Below are positions 38,100-49,699 of a DNA stretch of 64,000 nt, piece by piece. Below the pieces are notes generated by a model, which had not been told where the DNA came from, did not search any database, and saw only the letters and a list, made by a program, of their open reading frames with translations. A program made the position numbers and the translations under genes. Source of the stretch: Takakia lepidozioides (Eukaryota > Plantae > Bryophyta); NCBI GenBank assembly GCA_030704615.1, contig CM060731.1:4774001-4838000 (forward strand). The letters are read 5' to 3'. Position 1 is the first letter of the stretch. Each line of letters begins with the position of its first letter.

Positions 38100-38490
38100 G
38101 GTTGGGCAGCGCTAGCTTGAGCAAACTGGTCGGCAGCGTCATTTCTATGTATATCCGTATGCGAGCGGACTTTGCGGAAGTGGATGGGGTGGGATTTGGA
38201 GAGAGCTAGTTGGACAATGGCAGTGATGAGATTGCGGTCTGGGTATGATGGTGGGATGAAGGGCGGGCTATGTGGTTTCTTATAAGGAAGAGTGAAGTAA
38301 GGCTTTCGGTAAAAATATAATAGGGGGGAGGGAAGGTGTCTAGCCTAGATAGGGCTTCATATATTGCCATAAGTTCAGCGCGTAGGATTGTGGCAGGACC
38401 AGATAGGCGGAGGGCGACACCCTGCTGGGTGGTCGCATGATATATACCATATCCGGCAGTGAAGTTAATGAGGGATCCATCCGTGTAGTG
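38100..38490 (-). pseudogene. RNase H domain of the LINE
   Basis: HYTDGS, RAELMAI, IFTESLTS, KVRSHT...NDAAD. Confidence 0.85.
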
Positions 38491-38934
38491 AGAGTGGGTG
38501 AGGGGAAATCTGAGGGGTATGTTTTGTTGACACATCTGAGGGATGGTGGGTGGGGCCTCGGGAGGGGCGGCATGTGGTGGACATGGTAGCGCCTTTAACC
38601 ATGTCTTGTTAGGTTTGATATTGAGGAGAGGGAGGGGAATATTTTCATAATTGGAAGTAGGTTGGTTAGTCTTGTAAGGGGGGGCGATGTTAGCTTTCAT
38701 TTTGTGAGTTTGTGTAAGTAGTTTATGGAGACACTGGAGGAGGGAATGGGGTATGTTGGTCGGAGAGGTGCAATGTACGAGTAGAATAAGGGTTAGAGAT
38801 GGTTCTTTTTGCTGGAGATATTTGGGAAGAGGGGGGGTGTGTGTGTATTTAAGTTGATTGGGTTCAATAGTGGCTAGTAAATGGGCTCCAGTGGGGAGGC
38901 GTAAAAGGGGGTGGAATCATCAGGCGATTTTTGT

Positions 38935-39215
38935 TGGGTGAGGATAAGTATTGTGAGAGCAAATGGAGAAGCGTGGGCGGCTAAACGCGCCCATTGGAGG
39001 GCCTCATCTGTCGGGGAGCCTAGAGGGGGGTGAGCAAGGCCTCTGTCAGACCAAGTGTGTTGTGTAGCTGTGCCTGTGGCGCCAAAGAGGCAGTCTCTAT
39101 GGTGCGGGCTGGCATATGTGGTTAGTTCCATGGGGCATGTAAGGGGGATGGAGTAGTATGAATGAGTGAGTTGAAATGAGTTAATAAGCAGTGTAAGTAT
39201 GTCTTGGGGGAGGGT
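38935..39215 (-). pseudogene. PCIF1/CAPAM-like adenine methyltransferase-like domain in the LINE ORF
   Basis: FQLTHSYYSIPLTC...YAS....DCLFGATG.......GLAHPPL...SPFALTILIL aligns by eye with the recalled PCIF1 pattern F....CFASPLNC...YCS....D..FGS.G...G..EANPPF...SPEPLSFIVF. Confidence 0.6.
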
Positions 39216-39681
39216 ACTGTGAGCACATGCTTGTGTCAGTCGGTTTGGAGAACGTGGTTTTTTCGGGGGGGGGTGTCTTTGAGGTATCGCTCTACTAACC
39301 AATTGATTTCGGTAGCGAAGTCTTGTTTGGGAGGTTGTAGGTCAATTGAATGTGTGTGGTGGAGTATTTTTCCCATAACCATTTTAAACGGGTATTAGGG
39401 ATTAAGCCAATGAATCGACCGTACTTAGCGTGTATATTAGAGAAGCGGGGGGCCATGCAAAACATGGGGGGGTCGTGATTGATGTCTTTGTCAGGGTTGC
39501 ATTCTGTTATGCAGATATGGAGATTAGAGGCCCGTGGGTTGTGTATGAATCGCTTGTCCATGGGTTGAATGGGGGAAGCATGTTGTTGATGAATATGGGT
39601 GAGAAAGTTGGTGTTGGAATGTTTGTGAAAGATGGTCAAGAGGGTGAGGTTGTGTGCGGGGTCACAGTCATCATGGGAGCC

Positions 39682-39825
39682 GAAAAGATCATCCTCTATT
39701 TGTCAGGTGTTGTCTTTGGAGGGGTATCCGGCCCATTTGCAATGGTAATAGGTGTCTATACATGTGGCTCCGAAGGAATCAATCGACGTTTGGGTTTTTA
39801 TGCCTAGGATAGCTTCAATTACGTA
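39682..39825 (-). pseudogene. chromodomain in the LINE ORF (missed by the ORF track)
   Basis: Manual translation YVIEAILGIKTQTSIDSFGATCIDTYYHCKWAGYPSKDNT*QIEDDLF; the stop sits at the conserved Trp. Confidence 0.8.
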
Positions 39826-40849
39826 GGCATCTGGATTTTCAGAGTTGAGTGGTGGGGTAGTGGGAGGTGGTGTTGGTAGTGGTTATGAGAGGAGGGTTGT
39901 GTTTGGCGGGTTAGAGGTGGTAGAGGTATTTTGGCAGCTATCTTGACTTGGTGTGTGGTGATGGTGGTGTGGTAGTTGGTGTTGTGGGGTAGGGACGAGG
40001 GGGGGGGGGGGGGGGGGGGCATTGTCGTTATTGGCGTATGTTGTTTTAAGCTTTTGGATAATGGAGGGTGCGGGATCTGATCGGTATTGGGGGAGTAGAT
40101 CTTGGGGAGTGTGTGGGAAGTATGGGCAGGGAATTCTACAGTCAAGAATGCATGAGGGGGAGGGGTGGCAAAATAGGGTGCGAAGGAAATGTAGGTATCG
40201 TCAGGTTTTGGTTGTGGCTCTGGAGTGTTTGAGGGTGAATTCCTTAGGTGTGACGAGTCTGTGTCCAGTTGCGGTGGTGATTTGGGTAAGAGTGGTAATG
40301 TGGCGCTCTCGTAAGTAGGAAATGGTAGGGGTTCTTTGTTTAGGATGAGAGTTATTAAATTGGGAGAGAAATGGGCTGGTGAGCCAAGCTCGTTCTAGCT
40401 GTGATGAGGTATTGGGATAGTTTGGCAGATGTAAAATGAGCAATGTACGTGCAGTAGGGGAGTGCAGGCAGGCCTGTGGGTGCAGTGACGAGAGATAGTT
40501 AATCCATTGTACTGGAGGGCAAGAAATTTGAGGAGTCCTTGATAGATGATACCTAAACGGCTTGGATCATTGAGGGCTTCTTTTATTTGTGTGCCAAGTG
40601 TGCGGGCATAGGAGATGATTAGGAGGCTACATCCGATCTGTAGCAATCGGTGGGAAGTTGGGTAAGGGCATTAGGAGTGCTAGTTGGTAGGCCGCATACC
40701 CGTTTTGTGAGCTGGAAAATATTTTTGTCAAGTTTCTGATGTCTGGTAAGGAGAAAGGTGCAGCATGAAATGAGTATTGGACTTGGGTTTTGAGTACTAA
40801 TTGTATGATGGATAGTTTAGGTCTAATGGCAATTGGGGATTTGAGAAGG

Positions 40850-41760
40850 GCCAAACGTTTGGTTGATTAGTTTGGTTGTAGTACCAGTTTTTTGGACGTG
40901 CCAAATAAGGGAGGGTACCAACTGTATGCCGAGATATGTATATGGTTCATCTGGGCCAAGAAAGGGGAATGGTTTGTTTTGATAGTTGACATAGAGTTTA
41001 CAGTGGGAAGCAATGGCAGATTTGGTGAGCCGGCTATGGTGTGGGGCCGCAGTGATGGCGCATTTGTGGAGGCTGAGTTCCATACCTGACCACAAGTTGA
41101 AGCGATGCAATTTGGTGACTTGTCGGTTTAGGTGCTGTGGTTTATGAGCGAGGATGGTGAGATCATCTGCATAAGCGGCTGCGGAGATATCACTAGAGGA
41201 GGTTTTGTAGTGGTATCCTAACTTTCCACGGGCAAGCCATCTGAGGAGGGGTTCTAAAAAAATTATAAATAGGTAGGGGCCCTTGGATGGTGCCTCGTAG
41301 GATTAGGATAGGGGGTGGAGCCGTAGTAAGCTCCCGCATATTCCGTGGTGCTATTCGTATAAATGTTACCAATAAGCTGGATGGCATCTATGGGGTATCC
41401 CAGTTCCGTCATGATGGCAAGTAAACGTCCATGGTCAAGGGAGCCAAATGCATTCTTAAAATCAATATAAAGAAGGGAAATGTCTTGTTTTGTGAGCTTA
41501 ACATCTTCTAATGCAGAGATGACGTATTGTATTTGTCTGGTTGTACTGCGTGTGGCTCTGAAGCCCTCCTATAGGTCGCTGAGTATGCGGTGTTGCTCCC
41601 CATAAGCAGAAAGCATGGTGGTGAGCGTACTTGTGAATAGCTTGTATATGGTGTTGGCCAGTGCAATGGGACGATAGTTACTGAGGTCTGTGGGGTCGCC
41701 TTTTTTTAATAACAGTCTGGTGCGACTATGCTTCCAAGAGTGTGGGATACGTTTTAGCTG
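40850..41760 (-). pseudogene. non-LTR reverse transcriptase
   Basis: NYRPIALANTIYKLF, EGFR, YIDFKNAF, RGTIQG, AAYADDL, YTYLGI. Confidence 0.93.
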
Positions 41761-42839
41761 GTAGCAGAGTCTAAAAAATTGTGTAGATAATTTGATGAAG
41801 GTGCGGGTCTAGCGCTTGTAGTATAGTGTTGGGTATAAAGTCAGGGGCGGGGGTTTTGGATTTAGAAAGGGCCTTGAGGCATGAGTCATAGAGATCAATG
41901 GTAAAATAGTCCAAAATGCGGTCAGTGGTGGTTCCACGCTTATCTAATGCGAAGCCATCTATGTCATGTCACGGATAGTGTTTGATTTGACATACACAGT
42001 CATGGGAGTGTATAGTGTAGGCAGTTTGTAACAGTGGGTGTGTAGGTTGAAGATGCTTGGGCCCATATTTCTTTGTTGATGGTTGTGAGATTGGTTATTA
42101 AGTGGCCTAGTCGGTGTCGGAGGCAGTCAATGGGTGGGTTGAGTGAGGGGTTAAAGATGGCTTTATGAGCTTTTTTGGGGTGATAATGGAGTAATTGGTT
42201 GAAGGAGAAGACGAAATTTTTATGATTGTCAGCGGCTTTTTGTTTGGTGATGTTGTATGCGGCTTTGTTTGCTTCCCTTCCTATTTTAGATAGGGCCGCA
42301 CACCAGTTAGGTATGGATGCGGGATCATTAGGTGGTGGCACAAGCGCGTGATAGGGTGCCAAGGTTGTTAAGCAGGTGATACAAGGGTTGGATCTCCAAT
42401 TGTTGTTAGGGTGGGTTGTGGATGTTTGGGGTATAATGGTGAAGGCGTGTCTGATCGTGTGATATGTATGGAGGTGCGCGGTTCAGGCTCGTTTTTGTGT
42501 GTGTGTTAGGTAGCCGCCATTTTGTGTGGAGCGGGTGGTTTGTGGGACGTCTAGGAGAGCGCAGCATGTGGCAAGGACGCTTTTGGTCATTTCAGTCATA
42601 ATGGTTGTGAGCGTGAGTTCGGCCTAGCGCCATGTGTCTTTTAGAGACAGTGTTGCGTTCTTGTTAAAGAGAATGTCAAAGATCAGTTGGAGTATAGGGG
42701 GGGCGGTGACTGGGTGAAAGAGTTGTTGAAAGGCGGCTATATTGCGTTGTGGCAACGGGGATAGTATCCGGGATTGTGGGGGTGGGGTGTGTATAGATGG
42801 GATGGGTCGGAAGGGGATGAGGGATGGGGGGAAGGTTAT

Positions 42840-43620
42840 GGAGACAGGGTAGTGATCAGAGTTACAAATACTGTTGATGTGGATATGGCTGTTTAGATAT
42901 TGAGGTATTGCGTTCTATGTTTTAAGGTAAAAACCGTCCATTAGGCTGAGTGAGGAGTAGTTAAGTCCCCCTTGCCTAGAGTAGTGGTGGTCAGTGGGGA
43001 TGTATTGGAATTGGTGTAGTCGGGTGAATTTATCCCATGAGTGGTCGGGTGGGGACGGAAGTCTGTGTGTGCCATTATATGTGTGGCCAAGTAGTGCTAT
43101 GTATCTATTAAAGTCGCCGGCTAGTATGAAGTTGTGGTGTTGCGTTGTGGGTTGGGAGACGGTATTTGAGATTGTATGAAGAATCTCCGGGATTAGTGGG
43201 AGATCATCAATGTGTGATGGCATGTATAGGTGGATGAGAGTAATAGGGGGGAGAGCAGGGAGATGTAGTTGTATAATTTGGAGGTGTGACCGTAGAGGGA
43301 TGGGGACAAGTATTTTGGTGGTGGTGCTAGTGGAGTGATGCACGTGCGGAGAATACCTAGTGCGACGCCACCTCGGGCAGGGTGGTAGGCGGCGGATCGC
43401 CGGGAAAGGCATTGCGTGGCTGTTAAGGGGTGGCCATATAACATATAATAAGCCGGGAGAAGTTTGTTTAAATAGGAACTATTGCAGGTGTTGGTGTTGA
43501 GCTTGGTTTATTGTAGGAGGATAATATGCGAGGAGACGGAGTCTGTGAGAAGGTGTATGAGACTTTGAATACTTGTGGCTAGGGATCCAACATTCCAGGT
43601 AGTGATGCATAGTGAGTGGT
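42840..43620 (-). pseudogene. apurinic/apyrimidinic-like endonuclease (APE)
   Basis: ITTWNV, ILLQ*TK, GGVAL, LYMP, AGDFN, NSDHYPV. Confidence 0.9.
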
Positions 43621-44857
43621 TGGGGGTTTCATTGGATGAGGGTGTGTTGGTGTGTTGGGGGGGGGTTGTGGCTAAGGTGCCATGGTGGGGGAAGAGGGGT
43701 GTGGCCGAGGCGAGGGTTGAAAGCCAAGAATTAGGGAGTGAGCTTGGAGGATTGCGTTGAGAATGGTGTCGGACAGGAATGGAACTTGTTTGAGATGGTG
43801 TGGAGGTCGTGGGTGGGGTTGGAAAGATAATTGCCAAGTATTTATGAACTTCCCCGGGGTTTGATTGGAGAAGTTGAAGCAAGGCCTGTAGATTTGTTAG
43901 GTAGTGGGGAGGTGCTAAATAGTTGTGAGGGTGGGCGGGTAATTGCTGTAGCTTGTGTAAAAAGGCACGTGCTTGTGAGTCGGGGTGGGTCAAGAAGTAG
44001 TCGTTACATATGCGCTGAAGGAAGGGTATAATTATATATGTGTTGATAGCATGGGTATGTTTGTGTGTTAGGCCCAGGATGTATGTAGGTATGGTGTGTC
44101 GATATGTGGAGGATGATAAAGGGAAATGGATGTTGGTGATGGATGTAAAGGTGTGGATGGAGTAAGTGGATGCAGGGAGCGCGGCTGGATGGAGTAAGTG
44201 GACTGTCGGGCAATATGGATGAGGTCGCCAGGGCGAGGATTGACTGTGGATGGAGAAGTGTTTTGCCGAATGGATGAAGTATCGGTTGCGGATGACGGGA
44301 GGTGGGCGGGTGGGAGATCTAATTTGATTTGAGGGGGAGACGTGTCCAGGTTGGAGGGCTGCCACGTTGGAGCAATTGGGCGGGCGGGCGTGGTGTGCGA
44401 CTAGGACGGGATGGAGCAGGAAAGGCTTGTATCTGCCTTGAGAGCTCATTAATCGGGTAGAGTGCCGGCCGCGTTGTCTATGATGGGCGTGGTTGGGATG
44501 TGTGATGAAGCGTAAGTGCACAATGTGATGTGGAGTAGGAGTAGAGAATGAGTATGTACAGAGTGAGATGGTAGTGACACTGGAATCATAACGTGTATTA
44601 GAGGATGGGGAGGTCACAAAATTGGCTTGACATAGAGCCAGTAGAGAGAGCAGAGAGAGTGCGTAGTGTGTAGAAGAATATAGGCCGTGGAGTAGGAGGC
44701 CACGGGGGCAAGGAGCTGTGTAAATACTTGAAAGAGGGCTGGAAAATGATGGATGATAATCACTTGAAAGAGCTTGTAAAAGAGAGTGGTAGTGTTGAGT
44801 GATAGTAAATGAGTGAATCCAGAAGTGATAGTAAATGATATGAATAGCAGTGAAATG

Positions 44858-45098
44858 AGGTAGCATTTTCCCAAGGTAACATTCTCCCAAGGGAACATTT
44901 TCCCAAGGTAGCATTTTTCCAAGGTAACATTTCCCAAGGTAGCATTTTCCCAAGGTAACAATTTGCCAAGGTAGCACTTTCCCAAGGTAGCATTTTTTCA
45001 AGGTAGCATTTTTCCAAGGTAGCATTTTTTCAAGGTAGCATTTTTCCAAGGTAGCACTTTCCCGAGGTGGCACTTTTCCAAGGTAGCATTTTCGCAAG
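44858..45098. repeat. minisatellite, ~14 copies of a 16-17 bp unit (ggtagcattttcccaa)
   Basis: Head-to-tail units without spacers. Confidence 0.95.
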
Positions 45099-46439
45099 CT
45101 AGCCAGTAGCTCCGAATATCTTGTAAAAGAGAGCCAGTGTGCCCAAGTAGCTTTGGAAGAGGAGACCGAGAGTGCTGAGTGGTCCACACTTGGAAAATAG
45201 CCTGTAAGAAAGAGATGAGGGTTAGAGCGATGAACAAATAATGGTGAGTACAGATTAGGGATAATACCAAGGAGCGAGGCCTTGTCACTTAACTGGAAAG
45301 AGAGGTACATGCTGAACAGACTTTGTCTGGTATTGGTATGACAGCAGATACGGGTATGGAAACAGGTGATTTTTATGTGGGGAGGCCAGGTAGAGAGAGC
45401 ATGGAGGGATGGTGGCAGCAGAGTAGTGCCCATAAGAGTATCTACATTCATAAGATGTGTGATAAGTCCATCGCAGTGTGACATGAGAGTGAGCACAAGC
45501 GTGACTGAAGGATTGAAAAAGAAATGGTGAGGCTATGGTTGGAGACATTACCAATTGGTCGTCAAGTAGGGCAGCAGGTGCCCATACCAGTACTGGTGAT
45601 TGTGAATATTGGATTCTTGGTGGCACTGCCGATAGTGTGTGCTGATAGTGTGCTGCCCAGATAGTGGAGTTACTGTAGTTGGGGGTGAGCTGAAACCTGG
45701 GCCAGCCCAGACAAAGCCACCCAGCAACAATTGGCCTGGCATAGGATCTGTTAATTACGGTGCCATGAACTGCATTTTTGCATTGGACTAACTTTCTTTT
45801 AAAGAGAGGGGAGGGAGGTGGGATTTGGGAGTAAAAAGCAGTACTTTGTTGAGAGATTTGAGAGGGGTGAGGACAGGTATTACCTGGTAGCAGGCCATGT
45901 TGGAGGTTAGGAGAATTATACCAGCGCCATATGGGGAGCTGTCTGCCGAGAAGTTGGTCAACGTATGCAGCAGCCATACTCCAGAGACCAGTCCACTGGC
46001 TGATGGTGCTACTCCCCGCAGCAGAAATTGCCAGCCACCATTTAGAGCTGGTTGAGGGGGTTTGGTGCCCTAGATCAGCTACCCAATAATTTGTTGAAGT
46101 ATTTGGTGCATCAGTAGCTCCACAATCTTTCAGAATTGATTGATATCCTACATCCCTGACCCCCATGCCAATAGCCCCATCGTTCTTGAAGGTGCTGTGG
46201 TGTGGCAATATATCAGCACTTGGACCGCTCAAGATGAGTTGGTGGTCAACATCAACCTCACCAGTCTGGTTGTGGTACTGCACCAATAGCCTTCCACATC
46301 TGCCAAATGGTTTGGTGGCTATCACAGTCAGTCGAAGTGTGCCCTCCAGCAGCACCTCCAAAATCAGAAAGTTGTCGTGCATCAATAGCCCTGGAGTTTA
46401 TTGACTCCCTTTGTTGACCTAAATCAGTACTGATCCCAT

Positions 46440-47330
46440 GTCCGCTTTGAAGACTGGCATACATGTCAACAAGGGCATTATCCACGGAGACATCTGACTC
46501 AAATCCAGATTTGATGGTTACGGCATGGACCCACTTGCCCTCCTCCGTTGCTCCTAGGCTGGCACAAGCATTGAGGATACTGAGGAAAGTGACTTTGTTT
46601 GGTTTGACACGCTCTCGTTGCATCTGCCCAGAGAGTTCTAAGGCTGCATCACCTTGACCATACTGAGTAGACCCTTCAATCATTGGAGTCAAAGAGGCTA
46701 CATACCGTTCAGGCATTTTGAAGAACACTCTGCGAGCATACACCACACTCCCACCCTTGCAATACATGGCGATAAGGGCAGTCCCCACAGACGGATCTGA
46801 TGCAAATCCAGCCTTAATGATTGCCGCATGGATCTGCTTGCCCTGTTCCAGAGCTGCTGGGACGGTACATGCATTGAGGACACTAAGAAAAGTGATCTGG
46901 GAACACCTCCCTGGAGCCCACTCCTTGCTTAGAAAGGGGTTCAAAGTAATCAGTTTACCGATTTCATCGTATGTCACAGTCTTGACGGCTGGATCCCCAG
47001 CCAGCCCTTGCTGAGGAGGTCCTGCAGTTATGGCGATCCAGGGGAGAATGTTTTGCTCAGAAATTCTGCCGAGCATTAGCCGAGCGTCAGCCACACTCCC
47101 ACACATTGGCATTCTTCACGGTGAGTATGACTGAAATCCAGCTTTGATGGTGTCCAAATGTATACATTTACCATCCCTCAGAGCTGCTGGATGGGCACAC
47201 GCACTGAGGATACTGATAAGTGTGGTTTGCATCCATGTGAACACATTTCGTTGAGCCATATTGTCAAACCCACAGCGTGCAACCTTAACACTCCCGCATT
47301 TTGCATACATGTTGAAATAGAGAGCTGCCT
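46440..47330 (-). pseudogene. PLS-class pentatricopeptide repeat gene fragments
   Basis: MYAKCGSV..AR..FD.M, ITFLSVLNAC...ALEQGKQIH, VGTALIAMYCKGG, KPNKVTFLSILNAC; interrupted and without a terminal E/DYW domain. Confidence 0.85.
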
Positions 47331-47639
47331 GGGAGCAGAGAGAGAATTGGTTGATACGGCGTGCCATCATGCAAAGCAGCCCTGATACATATCGCCAAGA
47401 GCCTTCCTTTGCAAGAGTGTGCCCAGGCAGGCCAGACCTTCGAGATGCAGGGTTGAGACTCTCTCCACTAAGTACAGAAGCAGCAGTGTTGCTGGTGACT
47501 CGGGCATGGGTGGTCCGGTTGATGATAGATTGCTGCATGCAAGGGTTCAGCAATGGCACCATAACATGGGCAGCAGCAGAGCAGAACCAAGGATCACGAT
47601 GACAATAGGGGAGCCGGCCAGAAAGGGTAATGGCATCGC

Positions 47640-48075
47640 AGCCATCTTCCACCTGGTGGACAAAAAGTTGAGGTTCAAGGTGGGACTGATGAGCCAGTTT
47701 GAACATGTAGGCTTGAATGCCAAGGCCCAACCGGTCACAGTAGAAGCACCCATGTAGCATCACATTGTTGACATCGCAGTGTTGAAATATCCCATGACAA
47801 CGTGACAGCAGTTGAGTTGTCCGATTCTGAACCGCCTGATCTGCCAGCTCTATTGTAGTTAAGCTCTTCAGCCAGTCTTGGGCAGTATGCTCACATTCCC
47901 AGAAAAAGCAATGGCCCCGGATGGGGGTCTTGTTCTGATTACAGAGTTCCATAAGCTCATCGCTAGTTTGGTGGTTGATCTGACCCTGCTGAGGCTCCGT
48001 CCAACCCCCCTTGATCACGTTTTCAAACACTGTCCAGTTAAAATGTTCAAGGAAGAACTTTGCATCCAGTTCATT
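47640..48075 (-). pseudogene. GH10 endo-xylanase fragment
   Basis: FNWTVFEN..K..WTEPQQG, IRGHCFFWE, AVQNR, DVNNVMLHG (catalytic Glu replaced by Val), VEDGCD; C-terminal half absent. Confidence 0.85.
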
Positions 48076-49699
48076 CAGAGTGGGGGGGGAGCAACATATT
48101 GGGGCTGTCATTTGCATCCATTTCAGCTGCCGGTGCAGCCGCCAGCAATTCTTAAGACCGTAATGGAGAAGCTGACATTTGAGCTGCAACAGGGGTTGAC
48201 GAGCCTCTTCCATGCTTGCAATCATTGAAGCAAGCCTCCATGCTCGCAGTCCTAGCTCGGGCCATGAGCTTTTTGAGAGATCCGCACGAGAAATCTTTGA
48301 ACTCTTGTTTGGAGTTGACGTAGTTGTGTTTTGCAAATCGTAGCCAGTATTGATGCTCCAAGGTCTTTGACTCTGCAGCTTGCGAGAAAGAGATGCTTGC
48401 AAGGGGGGGCAGATTTGGGTGTGCCTCTCCCCAGTTGCACCGAAGTCCTCAGCAGCATGCGGGCGGACGCCAGGGTAGACCGTCTTATACTGGCATTCCC
48501 ATGGATCTCCAGCAACACGCTTGGGCGTAAACAGGCTGAGGCAGTGAGGTGCTGTGGTGGTGGTCATACTATGGAGTGCAGAGTGGTTCAGCATAGCTGG
48601 TGTATGCTCGTGGTGCACGATGAGTGCATTAGCATGCGAAGTGAGGAAAAACACGATCAGAAGAATACAACACTTGGTGTAGCCTCCTCGCACAGCAGAT
48701 ATGGCATCCAGAGGCCATCTTCCGCCAGGTCGAGTAGTGGCACTGGCAGTATGCAGGAGGGTAGAGCACGCTGTGATGCCGAGTTCACGCAGGGCCTGAC
48801 TTGAGCACGAGAGGCTCGAAAGTAAAGGACTATAGAACAACCCACAAATGAGCATTGAGGCTTTAAATAAACACATCAGGATAGACTTGCTATGGGCGAA
48901 TCGGGTGGCCAACCTGGTGTAACCGAAGAAAGAAGCCAGTGGGTTGTACTTCAGACCTTGGGGGAGAGGTGCAGCTTGGACTGGAGATCGCCGAGAGCGC
49001 CTAGCGGGTTTCTTCAACATAAAAAGAAGGCTACGGGTGGGGGCCCCGGGCAGACCAGACTTCCAGGGGACAGCGGCGAGAGCGGCCTTGCGTTGATGAG
49101 CTCCGAAGGTGAACATCAGTGGCGCTTGCACCTGCTCAGGACACCAGTTGGTGGTGGTGGTGGTCCCGAACTCCTTGAGAAGGGATTTGGACAGTAGAGA
49201 CCCCTCTAAAAGCAACAAAAGAGAGCTTAAAAGGCACATACAGAAACTCTTGTAGGGAAGATTGACATAGAGTACGACGGGAGTAGCAGTATTGAGCTTG
49301 GGGGTGAAAAGCTTCACAGAATCTTGCAATGCATAGCTTAAAAGAAGCGCAAGAGTCAGGCAGTATAGAGCAGAGTGACACTATCCTTAGCAAGACAACA
49401 ACGCTGCGTAGCAGCGTAGTGAGCACGAGACTTGGCCATGGCGGCGACCAGAGAGGCAACAACGCCAAGACAAATGGGATCAAATGCCTGCAGATTTCGA
49501 AAAAATATATGATTATCAGAAGCGAGTTCCATATGACCAGAAGACATATTGGGAACTGACTCCACAAGAACGGAAAGACCATCCTTTCAAATTTCCCAAA
49601 ACGATTATGGACTGCACAGTGTACGATGCACTGGAGTTGTGATTTCGTTGAATGTTGTGGAACCAACACTTATGCACAAAGTTTTGTTGGAGGAGGTTG

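Larger units (their letters stand above)
36866..44850 (-). mobile_element. Dualen/RandI-like LINE, near full length and degenerate: APE - RT - chromodomain - MTase-like - RNase H - CCHC - RLE - (TC)n
   Basis: Domains listed separately; uniform C/A-rich coding strand; 5' end unresolved and may reach ~46 kb. Confidence 0.85.

Noticed and set aside
44858-45098. CRISPR-like array
   Set aside because: Units are contiguous with no unique spacers, there are no cas genes, and the context is eukaryotic
43508-45496. 662-aa ORF as an independent host gene
   Set aside because: Its C-terminus is the LINE APE start and its middle is a minisatellite
47116-49329. Functional xylanase or PPR editing factor
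   Set aside because: The GH10 part lacks the acid/base Glu and the C-terminal half; the PPR repeats are broken
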